A DNA stretch of 64,000 nt, taken from NCBI GenBank assembly GCA_964016885.1, contig OZ024741.1, positions 294,190,001 to 294,254,000 on the forward strand, in the 5' to 3' direction. The stretch is from Eledone cirrhosa (taxonomy: Eukaryota). The notes below the pieces were generated by a model. The model searched no databases. It was not told where the DNA came from and saw nothing but the letters and a program-made list of their open reading frames with translations. The position numbers were made by a program, and so were the translations under genes. Of the stretch, positions 29,567 to 41,435 are shown one piece after another (within the stretch, counting starts at the first letter, position 1; each line of letters begins with the position of its first letter).

Positions 29567-29790
29567 TGTGGAGGCATGTGGCCTTGTGGTGTGAGTTTCG
29601 GACTTACAATCATAATGTAGTGGGTTTGATCCTTGGGCTGGGTTGTGTCTTCACCTCATTTTATGTTGCTCAAGTATACTCAGCTGAAAATGAGCACCAG
29701 CAATAGCTGGGGTTTTAACACTGCAATGGACTGGCATCCTGTCCAGGAAGGAGTCTTGTACTGTCCGTTGCTTCATACCATGTAACCAGG
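29567..29790 (+). mobile_element. tRNA-derived SINE
   Basis: A/B-box-like head, CTCAGCTGAAAATGAG, GATGGACTGGCATCCTGTCCAGG; same family as 48277-48530. Confidence 0.7.
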
Positions 29791-31335
29791 ATCATCATCC
29801 TCATCGTTTTTTGTCTGTTTTTTTTTTTTTCATACTCACATGTTTTAGATGCATCCACTTCAGCACTGTATCTCGCCACTCATTGCATTCCTTCATCATC
29901 CCCTCTGTGAGGCCAGTGATTTGAGATCAGCATATATTACACAGAATACTTTTAATGTAATAGAAAGCACAACACCAAAGTGAAACACCACACATACATA
30001 AGGTTTGCAGAGGTGTGCTCAGAAATGTAATGATAGCATGCAATAAAATTGACACTACTGAATATTAATGGTAATGACAATGATGATAAATGTTTCTAAT
30101 GTAAACACAAGGCTAGACATTTTGGGGGCAAGGGAACGGTCGATTATATCAGCCCTAGTATTTGACTGCTATTTTACTTGATTCACTTAATCCATAGCCT
30201 CGTCAAACACCATCACCTTGCCCGCCTTTAACAGAATCTCCTATGTTCAAGCATTTCAGCCAGATCTGTTTGAGGATATTTTCCTCCTTCCTTTCAAGCA
30301 GTCTTGGAAACCCTGAAAAGTGTCATATGTACTGCACATCCCTTCCTGAATAAACAGTAAAATAAGGAAAACAAAAAGCTCCATAATTTTTTTAGCAGAA
30401 CCCACTTTGGGAAATAATGTTTTACATGTTGTTGGTGATACAGTTCACACCTATGTAAAAATAACACAGTATAATGAAGAAATATTTTAGTTTAATGCTT
30501 GAATTAGCAGGAAAAGAGTCTTAATGGTTCAGACACTAGTCCTTCATATGAAGATAGAGTTAGAAATAAAAGATAAAATTCAAGGATAAAGAGTGAGAAG
30601 AGAAATGAATGGGGGGTTGGGGGTATTATAAAAGAAAAGAGACAGGGGAAACACGCATGTATTCAGTCAGCCATTTAGGAGATTTTTTTATGTAGATTTA
30701 GCTGGTTCCTTTGAGGTTGCATCTCATAGAAATTTTCTTGAGTGTCTTAAAAAGCAATGTAAAAAGAAGCATTTTGTTCAAGAGCACAAGCTGCCAAGGA
30801 CAGGAATCAGGCACATGACTTTATGATTATGAGTCCGACACCCTAACCACTATGCCACATGCCTTCACTGGGTGATAACTCTTTAACATACATACATTTG
30901 ATTTCCAACTTATTTTGTGGTTCTTGAAAATATCACAAATTTATGAACTTGTCTTAGTTGAAAACAAAGAAAAGAAAGAGATGCAAGAGAAATAGTGAAA
31001 TAGGCACAATGATAAATGGCTTCCTAAGTCTCTTGTGTATTTATCATTTTAGCTCTTTGTAAATTGGCTACAGCAACAACAACAAGAATAAATTTTCAAA
31101 AATTGTGAATGTTGAAAAGGAAAAACCATTAAGTATTGTTCTGTTGAAATAATGGTAATAAACAAACCAATTAAAGAATACTTATGAGATTTTAGCAGAT
31201 TGATTAGCTTGTCAACTCCTACATTTTTACCCTAATCAAATAGAAGCTGAGGTTCATATCATATGTGTGCTCTCTCTCTCCCCTCTCTCTCTTTCTCTCT
31301 CTCAATCTCTCTCTCTCGCACTCTCACTCTCTCTC

Positions 31336-31370
<35 letters not shown>

Positions 31371-31567
31371 AGTACAGATTAAAAGTTTAAGCAATGAATT
31401 GATCTACAGGTTTATATATACTTATATATATATATTAGAAAGTGAGGTTTTTTTTACAAAAGGAAAAAAAAACGAGGTATCCTACACAAGTGAAGGTATA
31501 AGGAAAAAAGATGAAATTGAAAATGCAACTGGAGTCTTTTTTTTTTTAAATATATTTATTTGGTTCC

Positions 31568-31730
31568 TTTACCAGTTTCGCAGTTCTTGTGCTTTTCAAA
31601 AGTAGAATTGAGATGGAGGGTTTGTGGTTTTTCTCACATCATATATATATATATATATCAGAGAAAACATCACGGATGCTCTATCTCAAAATTATTTTTG
31701 AAAAGCATTAGAAATGCGCAACCGGTAAAA
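31568..31730. repeat. Diverged inverted repeat with decayed HHR-like motifs in both arms
   Basis: TTGAAAA GCA..TGC G(A/C)AAC (C/T)G GTA on opposite strands. Confidence 0.55.
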
Positions 31731-32483
31731 CTTAAAACCAAAACTGAATACTAACCAATACAATTACTAATTCTCACTTATTCCTAATTAAATTATTTTT
31801 CACTGTGAACAATTTGTCAGCATTTTCTATTCCGTTTACCAATATATATATATATATAAAACCTCATTTGATTTTCTGCTTTGTATTTATTATTATTATA
31901 TATATATGTATATGTATATATATATCTTCTGTCTCAAATCGGTGACTCATCGTCAAAGATATCAGATTGCCTGTAATTCAGTATTCTGGTGTTAACCCTT
32001 ATCATGTGGTGGCAATAATCGTGGTGGGAATGATGGTGAGTTGATGACAACTGACATTTCTCCTTCATAATGACTTTTTTTTATTCCAGAAGAACAATTA
32101 GTTTTGCTAGGAGCGACTGAAAAAATATTTAGTGGCCTCTAGGGAATGTTGCGTGAATGAATTCTAACACTAATCTTCACTGACTTATATATATATTATT
32201 AAATTCAATACTACAATGAAGACATAATGTGCTCAAATGCAAAGACATCGGTTTTGTTGAGCAAACTCAACTTATTCTACTACATCATTCCACTTGTTAA
32301 AAATTGTCCATAGGACTATGTGTTCTACACTTTGAGATATCTTTTCCAAACTAATACTACACACACACACATATATATGTATATATTTATTTATATACAT
32401 ACACATATATATATATACTTATACATATGGCACATGTTTCTGAACTTCTCAGAAATGACATCTTTAATTTTGTTAGTATATAT

Positions 32484-32785
32484 ATCATCATCATCATCAT
32501 CATTTTACGTCCGCTTTTCCCTGCTTGCAAGGGTGGGACGGGAACTGATACTGGCTTGATTTCTACAGCTGGATGCCCTTCCTAACACCAACCTCATTTA
32601 CAGTGAGTGCTGGGTGCTTTTTTGCCATGGCGCCTACACGTCCACTTTGCAGTCGAATGATAAGGACCTTAGACCCTATCATCTCATTTCTACAGCTGAG
32701 TAAACTGGAACAATGTGAAATAAAGTCTCTTGCTCAAGGAAACAACACATTACCCGGTCCGAGAATTGAACTCACAACCTTTATA
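32484..32785 (-). mobile_element. SINE fragment with RTE-derived 3' tail
   Basis: Same junction as 40533-40873. Confidence 0.72.
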
Positions 32786-32787
32786 TA

Positions 32788-33320
32788 TCATCATCATCAT
32801 CATCATCATCAGGTTTAGCGTCCGTGTTCCACGCTTGCATGGGTTTGGACGGGGGTTTTCCCACTTGAGGCAAGAGTGGTTGTCTTGCTCGCATAGGACT
32901 GTCTGGCGGGTTTTCTACAGTTGGATGCCCTTCCTAACACCAACCACATTTACAGTGTGGGGCTGGGAGGTTTTTACCGTGTTGCCTACACGGCCACATT
33001 ACAGTGTGGACTGTCTGGCGGGTTTTCTACAGCTGGATGCCCTTCCTAACACCAACCACATTTACAGTGTGGGGCTGGGAGGTTTTTACCGTGTTGCCTA
33101 CACGGCCACATTTACAGCGTGGACTGTGTGTTTTTTGTCGTGACACCTACACGATCTCATTTGTTTCGGCCTGGATGTTGTGGGACCAACATAACTGTAC
33201 ATTGAAAGGGGCGGTGTGGATGGGGTGGAGGTGTTTTGATAGAGATGCCTACTGACTGTAGTAGGTTTTTACTTTGTATTTAGGTAAGGCGGGTCTTCTC
33301 TATTACTGAGTACCGCCATA
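32788..33320 (-). mobile_element. RTE family 2 3' UTR with internal ~113-bp tandem duplication
   Basis: Matches 7551-7943; the GGACTGTCTGGCGGG block occurs twice. Confidence 0.8.
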
Positions 33321-33330
33321 TATATATATA

Positions 33331-33430
33331 TAACGAAGGAAATGTGGTAAGGAACCAGGTGGACCATAACCATCCAGAATTAGCCGTCGAAACGGCTTGA
33401 GCTCAGCCATCGGGGTCCTACTCGTTCCTA
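33331..33430. mobile_element. Collapsed family A copy
   Basis: Inverted tail (33331-33370) joined to the HHR 3' half, ending at GTTCCTA|TA. Confidence 0.72.
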
Positions 33431-33446
33431 TATATATATATATATA

Positions 33447-33692
33447 TTACGACAGAAGTCCGATGAGCTGTTGATACCAGAGTCAGGTGAGATCGATACA
33501 GATCAAACCTTGAGCTGATCAACAGCGAAACACACATCACCAATATAATAAATGTAATGAAGGTTTAACAAATTGCCCTTGTATTATTATATTACACTCT
33601 GTCTAGCTCTACACCTCGCCACTGCTGTGAACCTAAACATCGAGTGCTCACCTAGGTGAACCTACAGTAACTTCACATTACACTTCCTGGAT
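33447..33692 (+). mobile_element. Mini-element with decayed long-stem-II HHR in (TA)n
   Basis: CCGATGA GCTGTTGAT...ATCAACAGC GAAAC ACATC; tail related to 18380-18445 (reverse strand). Confidence 0.6.
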
Positions 33693-33824
33693 ATATATAT
33701 ATAACCAAATATTAATATGGTTCATTGATTACTCAATGAATATAGTTTTACAATAGATTAAAAGCACTCTACAAAGAAGTTTTCTGGAGTTATTAATATT
33801 ATTCAAAATATCAATAAATGCAGT

Positions 33825-34117
33825 TGTGGGCAGTATCAGGTCGGCTGACCTTGTCTTGCTCATACGGGAACTGATTCAGCTGGATGCCCTTCCTAACACC
33901 AACCTCATTTACAGCAAGTGCTGGGTGCTTTTTTTCCCATGGCGCCTACACCTCCTCTTTACAGTGTGGGCTGGGTGCTTTTTTTTTGCCGTGGCACCTC
34001 CACGACCACTTTGCAGTGGGAGGGGGCTGGGGGCATATTGTCTATATGCTTCAGCTTCGGCTTGTACATGTGGGAAGTCGGGCCTTCTGTATTACTGTGT
34101 GACGCCAGAGGTCACGA
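33825..34117 (-). mobile_element. RTE family 1 3' UTR fragment
   Basis: Reverse complement of about 7170-7455. Confidence 0.78.
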
Positions 34118-34261
34118 TATATATATAAATACATAAATATATAAAAATATATATAAATACATAAATATATATACATATAACTACATAAATATATATATAT
34201 AAAAATATATATAAATATATATGAATATATATAAATATATATAGATACATATGAATATATA

Positions 34262-34427
34262 TGTACAGCCACCGGAAATAACATCTGTGAAATATACAGC
34301 GCCATCTACCTGTTAGCTAGCTACCTCAACGTGAAACAAAAGAACCCTTAAAAGCTACCAGAATAAACGCCTACACAGCGGCTAAACATCAGAAGTAGTG
34401 ACCAGACTAACTAACCACGTCGCTACA
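34262..34427 (+). mobile_element. Probable solo LTR (about 166 bp)
   Basis: TGTA...TACA termini, internal AATAAA, inserted in a TA-rich tract. Confidence 0.5.
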
Positions 34428-34482
34428 TATCATTTCATTTCATCATCATTTCATTTTACGTCCACTTTTCCCTGCTTGCAAG

Positions 34483-34530
<48 letters not shown>

Positions 34531-34602
34531 GAAGGAGTTGTGGTAAGGAACCAGATGGACCATAATGCATGAGAGTACTCAATACGTAGGGTATATATAT
34601 AT

Positions 34603-35130
34603 ATGATAGAAAGGTAGGGAGCCAATGTATCTCCCTGGAGCACTCCAGCCAATATCTTAAAGAACTCTGTCATCCCATCGGGTGTAATGACTTGGGCTTT
34701 GGTGTTGGTGTAGAGCAGTGATATCAGGTCCACTATTTTCATTGCTGTAGTGGAGTCTGTGCTGCTGTACGGGTCTGAGTCTTGGACACTGACCAAGAAA
34801 CTCACTCAGATGGTGGATGGGTGCTACACGAGAATGCTGACGATGGCTCTGAATATTAATCAGTATGCACTGAGGATGAAGAACTGTACGGGAGCCTCCT
34901 AAAAACAGCTCGAAAGTGACACAGAGGAGACTGAAGTTAGCTGGACATGCTCACCGACATCCAGAGTTGACACTGCACTAGAAGAGGAAGACCGAGGATA
35001 ACACATGCTGATGCCCTAAGGATAGACACTGGTCTGTTGGAGACGCAGGACATGGCAGCGGTAATGAGGGACAGAGACCGCTGGAAAGAACGCATGGATC
35101 TCGGGAATTTTACCCACTCTAGGGTAAAAT
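34603..35130 (+). mobile_element. RTE-like LINE fragment with inverted 5' piece
   Basis: Minus: YTNTKAQVITPDG...GVLQGDTLAPYL; plus: VESVLLYGSESWTLT...DGCYTRML. Confidence 0.8.
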
Positions 35131-35571
35131 TATATATATATATATATATGATATATATATATATATATATATAAATGTATGTATAGTATATTTGGCAATA
35201 TACTGTATGTTTAATTAAAAATATTTAGAAGACCACACGCTATTGGTTTTAAAGTAGTGATTATGTCACTTACTTCTTTTCATGCTGGTTGGCGATCATC
35301 AGGGCCACGCACCCCTTGCTTCTGCCAAAATTTATAGAAGCTTGATTCTTATAGAATTCCAGTAATAATCAGGAGCTGATCATACAGAGTGATTGCCGGT
35401 CCAGCAAAAATTAGGTATTAGGATCGGTGCTCTGAAATAGCGATGTATACATGAATGTATGTATAGTATATTTGACAATATACTGTATGTTTAATTAAAA
35501 ACATTTACGGTATATTGCCAAATATATTCGACCAATCAACCTCAGCAACATGTCCCCCCCCCCCCCCCCCC

Positions 35572-38062
35572 ATTATCAACCCCAACAAACTCTGCCATTA
35601 CTACTACTACCTTTCTTCTCGCCCTTACCAGTCCCAAAACACCCTGCCATTATTACCACCACTGTTCTTCTAGCCCTGAATTCTCTTACCGTTATGTATG
35701 GATGAGCTAAGGATAAATGGGGCAACTCCGAATTAATAAATGAATATGAATCTGCAAGTTGCCAAGCACCCATGCGAAGCTTTAATTTCGAGACAGGAAG
35801 CATACACACACCCCCGCAAAAATTTACCCTTTCCAAAACTCCGATGTAGAACCATCAATATAAGCACAATGAAAGGAAGAGCAGGAGAAATTGTAGAGTT
35901 GCTAGAGCGAAAGGAAATTGATGTATGCTGTGTGCAAGAGACTAGATGGAGAAGAGAGTCCGTTAGAGTCCTTGTAGGCAAAAGTCAGTGCTACAAATTT
36001 TTCTGGGTGGGAAATGACAATGGGATGGGTGGTGACAGATGTAGCTGACAAATGGGTAGATAAGGTAATCTCAGTGAACAGGGTGAATGCAGCAATCATT
36101 AAACTCAGACTCGTCCTGAATAAAACAATTACCACAATAATATCAGCTTACGCACCCCAATTGGGGTTGCCAGATGAACTTAAGGATAGGTTTACAAGTT
36201 TCTAATGCACACTACTGCTCTAACAAACGACAATGACTTCCTAATCATTGCAGGATATTTTAACGGACACGTAGGTAAACACCGTGATGGCTTCTATAGC
36301 GTCCATGGAGGCCACGGGTTTGGCACAAGAAATGAAGAAGGTTTCAGGCTTCTAGAATTCTGCGACGCCAATGACATGTCGATATGTAACACGAACTTCA
36401 AAAAACCCGACAAACATCTGATCACCTATAGATCAGGGGAGCATTCTAGTCAGATAGATTTTATCCTCATCACAGGACGTGACAGATGGACGGTCATAAA
36501 CACAAAAGCCATCCCTAGTGAGGAATGTATTTCCCAACATAACTTAGTTGTCAGCGACCTCACGGTCAGAACTAGACGAACTTGGAAACAGAAGGCAACC
36601 TGGAGAAGAAAGATCTGGAATCTGAAAGACCCCTCAGCCAGTAACAGATTTAAAGATATTTTACTTGACGCCTATGACAGTAAAGAAGAACAGATAGAGA
36701 CATTCAATGTAGAAGAGCACTGGGAGTTCCTAAAAATTAACTTACTAAAGGCGATGGATGAGATCTGTGGTTGGAGTAAGACCACAGGCAGGAGGAGAGT
36801 GACTTGGTGGTGGAACAATAAGGTAGATGAGGCAGTTAAGGTTAAGAGACAGGCATGGAAAGAATGGAAGAACAGAGAAAGCAGGGTACGTTACATAGAG
36901 ACCAGGAGGGAAGCTAGGCGACAAGTACACTTAGCTAGGAGGGAAGCAGAGGATAGAAAAAATTCAAGCTTGTCTTGCAGCGTGAGGACCAGAAACAGGA
37001 GGTGTTCAAGATTGTGAGGCAGTGTGTCAGAGAGAATTGTGATGTCGTTGGAGAGAAGTGTATCTGGAATGATAAAGGTGAGCTTGCCCTCACAAGTGCT
37101 GAGAAGAAAGATGCGTGGAAGAGCCATTAGGAAAGATTACTAAATGAGGAGAATGCATGGGAAGAAGAGACCCTACCCCAAGTAGACCCTATAGAGGGGC
37201 CAGCAGTACAAGTCAGCAGCAGCGTAGTAAGTAAGGCAATCAAAGATATGAAGATGGGGAAGGCAACCAGTCCATCAAGTATAGGCATTTCCCTCAAAAT
37301 GAAGGGCAGACTGTATGATGCATGCATACGAACAGCAATGTTACATGGTAGTGAGACCTGGGTGCTGTCTGTAGAAGACTTGAATAGATTAGAAAGAAAC
37401 GAAGCCTGCATGCGCCGATGGATGTGTAATAGTAATTTACACGAACGGCAAAGCATAAACGAATTGACAGAGTGACTGAGCATAAGAGGAATCAAATGCT
37501 GTGTGCAGAAGAGGCAGTTGCATTGGTATGGACATGTGATGCGTATGAAGGATGACAGCTGCATAAAAAGGTGCAGAGCACTAGAAGTCAATGGAAACCG
37601 TGGAGTGAGGAGACGCAAGAAGACCTGGGATGTGGTGATAAAAGCCGACCTTACCCAATTACACCTCTCAAAGATGATGACACCTGAGCGTGACTTCTGG
37701 CGTCACTCAGTGATACAGAAGACTCGACCCCCCCCATGGGTACAAGCCAAATCTTAAGCATATAGACAATATGCCCCCACACCCTCCCACTGCAAAATGG
37801 TCATGTAGGTGTCACGGCAAAAAAGCACCCAGCCACAACGAAAAGTGGACGTGTAGGCTCCATGGAAATAAACACCCAGCACTCACTGTAAATGAGGTTG
37901 GTGTTAGGAAGGGCATCCAGCTGTAGAAATCAAGCCAGAATCAGTTCCCGTATTAGCAACACAAGGTCAGTCGACCGAACACTGCCCACAACAGTACAAC
38001 CCGTCTAACCCATGCTAGCGTGGAAGAACAGACGTAAAACAGTGATGATGATGATGATGATG
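35572..38062 (+). mobile_element. RTE family 1 copy with APE endonuclease and RT domain deleted
   Basis: INISTMKGR, DVCCVQETRW, IISAYAPQ, G(Y)FNGHVG, SQIDFIL, SQH; jump at about 37284 from PSSI to SLKMKGRLY; full 3' UTR. Confidence 0.9.
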
Positions 38063-38158
38063 ATATATGTATATATGTATATGTATATGTATATATATAA
38101 ATGTGTATATATATAAATGTATATATATATATATGTGTATATATATACATATATATAT

Positions 38159-39110
38159 AGTAATAATAATAAATTTGAAGACTAAAATCCAAAGAGGGCT
38201 CGATAAGGATAAATATATATCAAATATATAAGAACCGTAGAGCAACCTTCTCGTACGTATATTTGATTGTTTATGTTATGGCGTATAATTTTATATATTC
38301 TGGTATTTAGGGTTTGGCTATGTGTATACGGGAGTTTTGCGGCTGTGTGAGTATGCGGGTTCGTACGTATGTAGGGTGTGTGTATATGTATACTTCATGT
38401 TTTGGTTGACTTACGTCTCCGAACATTCGTGTATTTACATGTAGGTATGTGTGTGCGCTTGTTATATACGTATTTATTTATTTATATACGTTTATATAAT
38501 TATTTATTTATTTGTATACACGCATACACACACACACATATTTATATGTGCGTGGTTTTGTATACCGATGGTAAGTGTTCTGCGTATGCTTGTGTATGTA
38601 CGTATTTGTTTGCGTGTATGTATTTATTTATTTCTATTACTTCTGTATTGTATTTATTTACTTTGTTCTTAACTCTGTAGTGGAGATTCATTCGGTCCCC
38701 TAGTTAGAATTTTAGTCTACGACTTCTGCTATAACATTTACGTGGTTTTGTCTTTGCGTTCTCCACGCTCCACATATGACGTATTATCTTCGTTTCTTTC
38801 GTTCATTGCCAGAGAACGTCTCTATGAACCACCTAAGAGAACATTAGTCTACGACCTCTTTTATACCATAAACGTGGTTCTGTCTTTGTTTTTCACCGCT
38901 TCTGTTAATGACGTATTATATTCGTTTTTTCCCGTTCTTTGCCAGCGAACGTTCCCACGAACCAAAGTATCGTCTTCCTGTCTTCCTCCGGTTGCAACGT
39001 TTTTTGAAATATCCACTTCTGCGTTTACAGATTGACTTTGTTAGTTTCAGAAGATCCCGTTAAGGGCGAAAGCAGCGATTCTTTGTTTAAACTTTAATCT
39101 GTTATTTTAA

Positions 39111-39111
<1 letters not shown>
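38159..39111. mobile_element. Family C element (inverted tail plus long arm) in (TA)n
   Basis: 38159-38240 matches 12099-12170 directly; 38570-39111 is the reverse complement of 12178-12737. Confidence 0.78.
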
Positions 39112-39141
<30 letters not shown>

Positions 39142-39282
39142 GTATATATATATATGAATATATATATGTATATTTGTATATATATATATATGTATATTTG
39201 TGTATATATATATATATATAGGTATATATATATATACATATATATATTTGTGTATATATATATAGGTATATATATACATATA

Positions 39283-39514
39283 TAGGAAAAAGTATGACCC
39301 CGACGGCAGAGCCAAGCAATTTCGACGGCTATTTCTGGACTAAATTAGAATTTTTAGCCAGGCTAAAAATTCTAATTTAGTCCAGAAATAGCCGTCAAAA
39401 CGGCTTGAGCTCTGCCGTCGGGGTCATACTTTTTCCTATTTCCCACTCTACTATCTAAGTATTGAGTACTCTGGTGCGTTATGGTCCATCTGTTTCCTTA
39501 CCACATTTCCTTTG

Positions 39515-39517
<3 letters not shown>
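39283..39517 (+). mobile_element. Family A relative with about 77-bp fold-back arms
   Basis: Palindrome 39283-39438 centred on TTAGCC-A-GGCTAA; GGCTTGAGCTCTGCCGTC stem III plus GTC. Confidence 0.75.
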
Positions 39518-39580
<63 letters not shown>

Positions 39581-39629
39581 ATTTGTGTATATATATATAT
39601 CATGCAAGCGTGGAAGATGGATGTTAAAC

Positions 39630-39662
<33 letters not shown>

Positions 39663-39766
39663 ATATATATATGTATATAGGTAAGTTATTCCGGGTTGAA
39701 TCGGAGGTAACCACAGTAAGTAAGGTACTCAATACATAGCAGAGTATAAAAGTTTTAATATAGATG

Positions 39767-39817
39767 AGATTCTACAGGACTAGAACTGTTTCATTCTTTA
39801 GCAATCATCAGGAATCT
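39767..39817 (-). ncRNA. Hammerhead ribozyme (family B, complete core)
   Basis: Minus strand AGAUUC CUGAUGA uugcuaaagaau GAAAC AG uucuaguc CU GUA GAAUCU; stem II is weak in this copy. Confidence 0.7.
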
Positions 39818-40252
39818 GGCTGTCCAAAATAAATGCTGTGGTATTTATATCTTTTCAGGTGGTAGGAGAGTGTGGGGAGTGGGATTGGTGGAGGTCATTG
39901 GTTGAAAGAAAAGGGAATTCATTAAAAGCTAATTCTTTAAGGCTATAATTTATATTTAGAGTGACAAAGGCAGAAAGAATTCTATAAACAAGTTCAAATT
40001 GGGACGCCACTCCTTATTTTTAAGTATCTCTTAAGCTAACAATGCCTATAACAGGTGTCTATAAGATGGTTGGGGGTCGGTCATGGTTGATGGATTTAAA
40101 GAAAAGGGAAATTCTTTAAAAGCTAATTCTTTAAAGCTCTACTTAGAGTGACAAAGGCCAAGAGAATTTTATAAACCAGTTCAAATATTGGGTGCCTATC
40201 GTTATTGTCATGTTTCTCTTAAGCTATATTTCAGGTGTCAACAGACAGATTC

Positions 40253-40317
<65 letters not shown>

Positions 40318-40532
40318 AATATACACATATACAAACACATCTACACATATATACACAAATACATAAATACACATACACAAATATATATATACATATATAT
40401 ATATATCATCATCATCATCATCGTTTAACGTCCATATATATATATATATACATATACATATACACATACACACACACATATATATATATATGGTGGCTGC
40501 CAACTCGTTTTTTGTACGGCCACTACTATATA

Positions 40533-40873
40533 ATGTTGTGAGTTCAATTCTCAGACCGGGTGATGTGTTGTTTCCTTGAGCAAGAGACTTTATTTCACAT
40601 TGCTCCAGTTTACTCAGCTGTAGAAATGAGGTGATAGGGACTGGGGTCCATATCATTCCACTGTATAGTGGTCGTGGGGGTGTCATGGCAAAAAAAGCAC
40701 CCAGCCCACACTCTAAAGTGGACGTGTAGGCGCCACGGAAAAAAGCACCCACCACTCACTGTAAATGAGGTTGGTGTTAGGAAGGGCATCCAGCTGTAGA
40801 AATCAAGCCAGAATCAGTTCCCGTCCCACCCTTGCAAGCAGGGAAAAGCGGACGTAAAATGAAATGATGATGA
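40533..40873 (+). mobile_element. SINE (B-box, CORE-like body) with RTE-derived 3' tail
   Basis: GAGTTCAATTC, CCTTGAGCAAG, CTCAGCTGTAGAAATGAG, then RTE UTR and (GAT)n. Confidence 0.75.
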
Positions 40874-40880
40874 AATGATG

Positions 40881-40920
<40 letters not shown>

Positions 40921-40965
40921 ATGTGTGTGTGTGTATATATGTGTGTATGTATATATATGTATGTA

Positions 40966-41435
40966 TGGTCAGGTCACCAGTTGGTGCTACTGGTAACATG
41001 TATCCCAGTACAACCTGTACCATGGTCGGGTCGTTGGCGACTAAACTGGAACCCCACCAAGGTTTCTTGGTGAGGAGGGTGGCTTTGGACATCCTGCAGG
41101 ACTAAAAACAAAACCTGTCAAAGGGCAAATGAGCTCTTAAGAGTCAATGGCCATCCAAAATCACCGGGAGAGATGACCCCTTAGCCTTGGTTAATGCAGA
41201 ATTCTAGGAGAAGGAAAACTCTGATATAACACCTGCAACCCTGATGGTATCCAATGATGTTGACTTATTCTTCTTTTTGGTAAATATCATCTTGGTTAAG
41301 AGAGTAGGACTGGCTTTGTGCAGTGCCTTTGCTCACTATAAAAGCTTCACGGCACAGGCATTGCTTTATATCTGGAGATCTCTCTGCACTTGTCGTCACA
41401 TGGTACCGTGGGCCCAACACTATGTGTCAATAATT
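40966..41435 (+). mobile_element. Putative RTE-clade 5' UTR repeat
   Basis: Second copy at 1-217; CTAGGAGAAGGAAAACTCTGA resembles RTE 5' UTRs (from recollection, not verified). Confidence 0.5.

Noticed and set aside
31925-31965. HHR-like motif on the minus strand
   Set aside because: Several core mismatches and truncated by a TA tract
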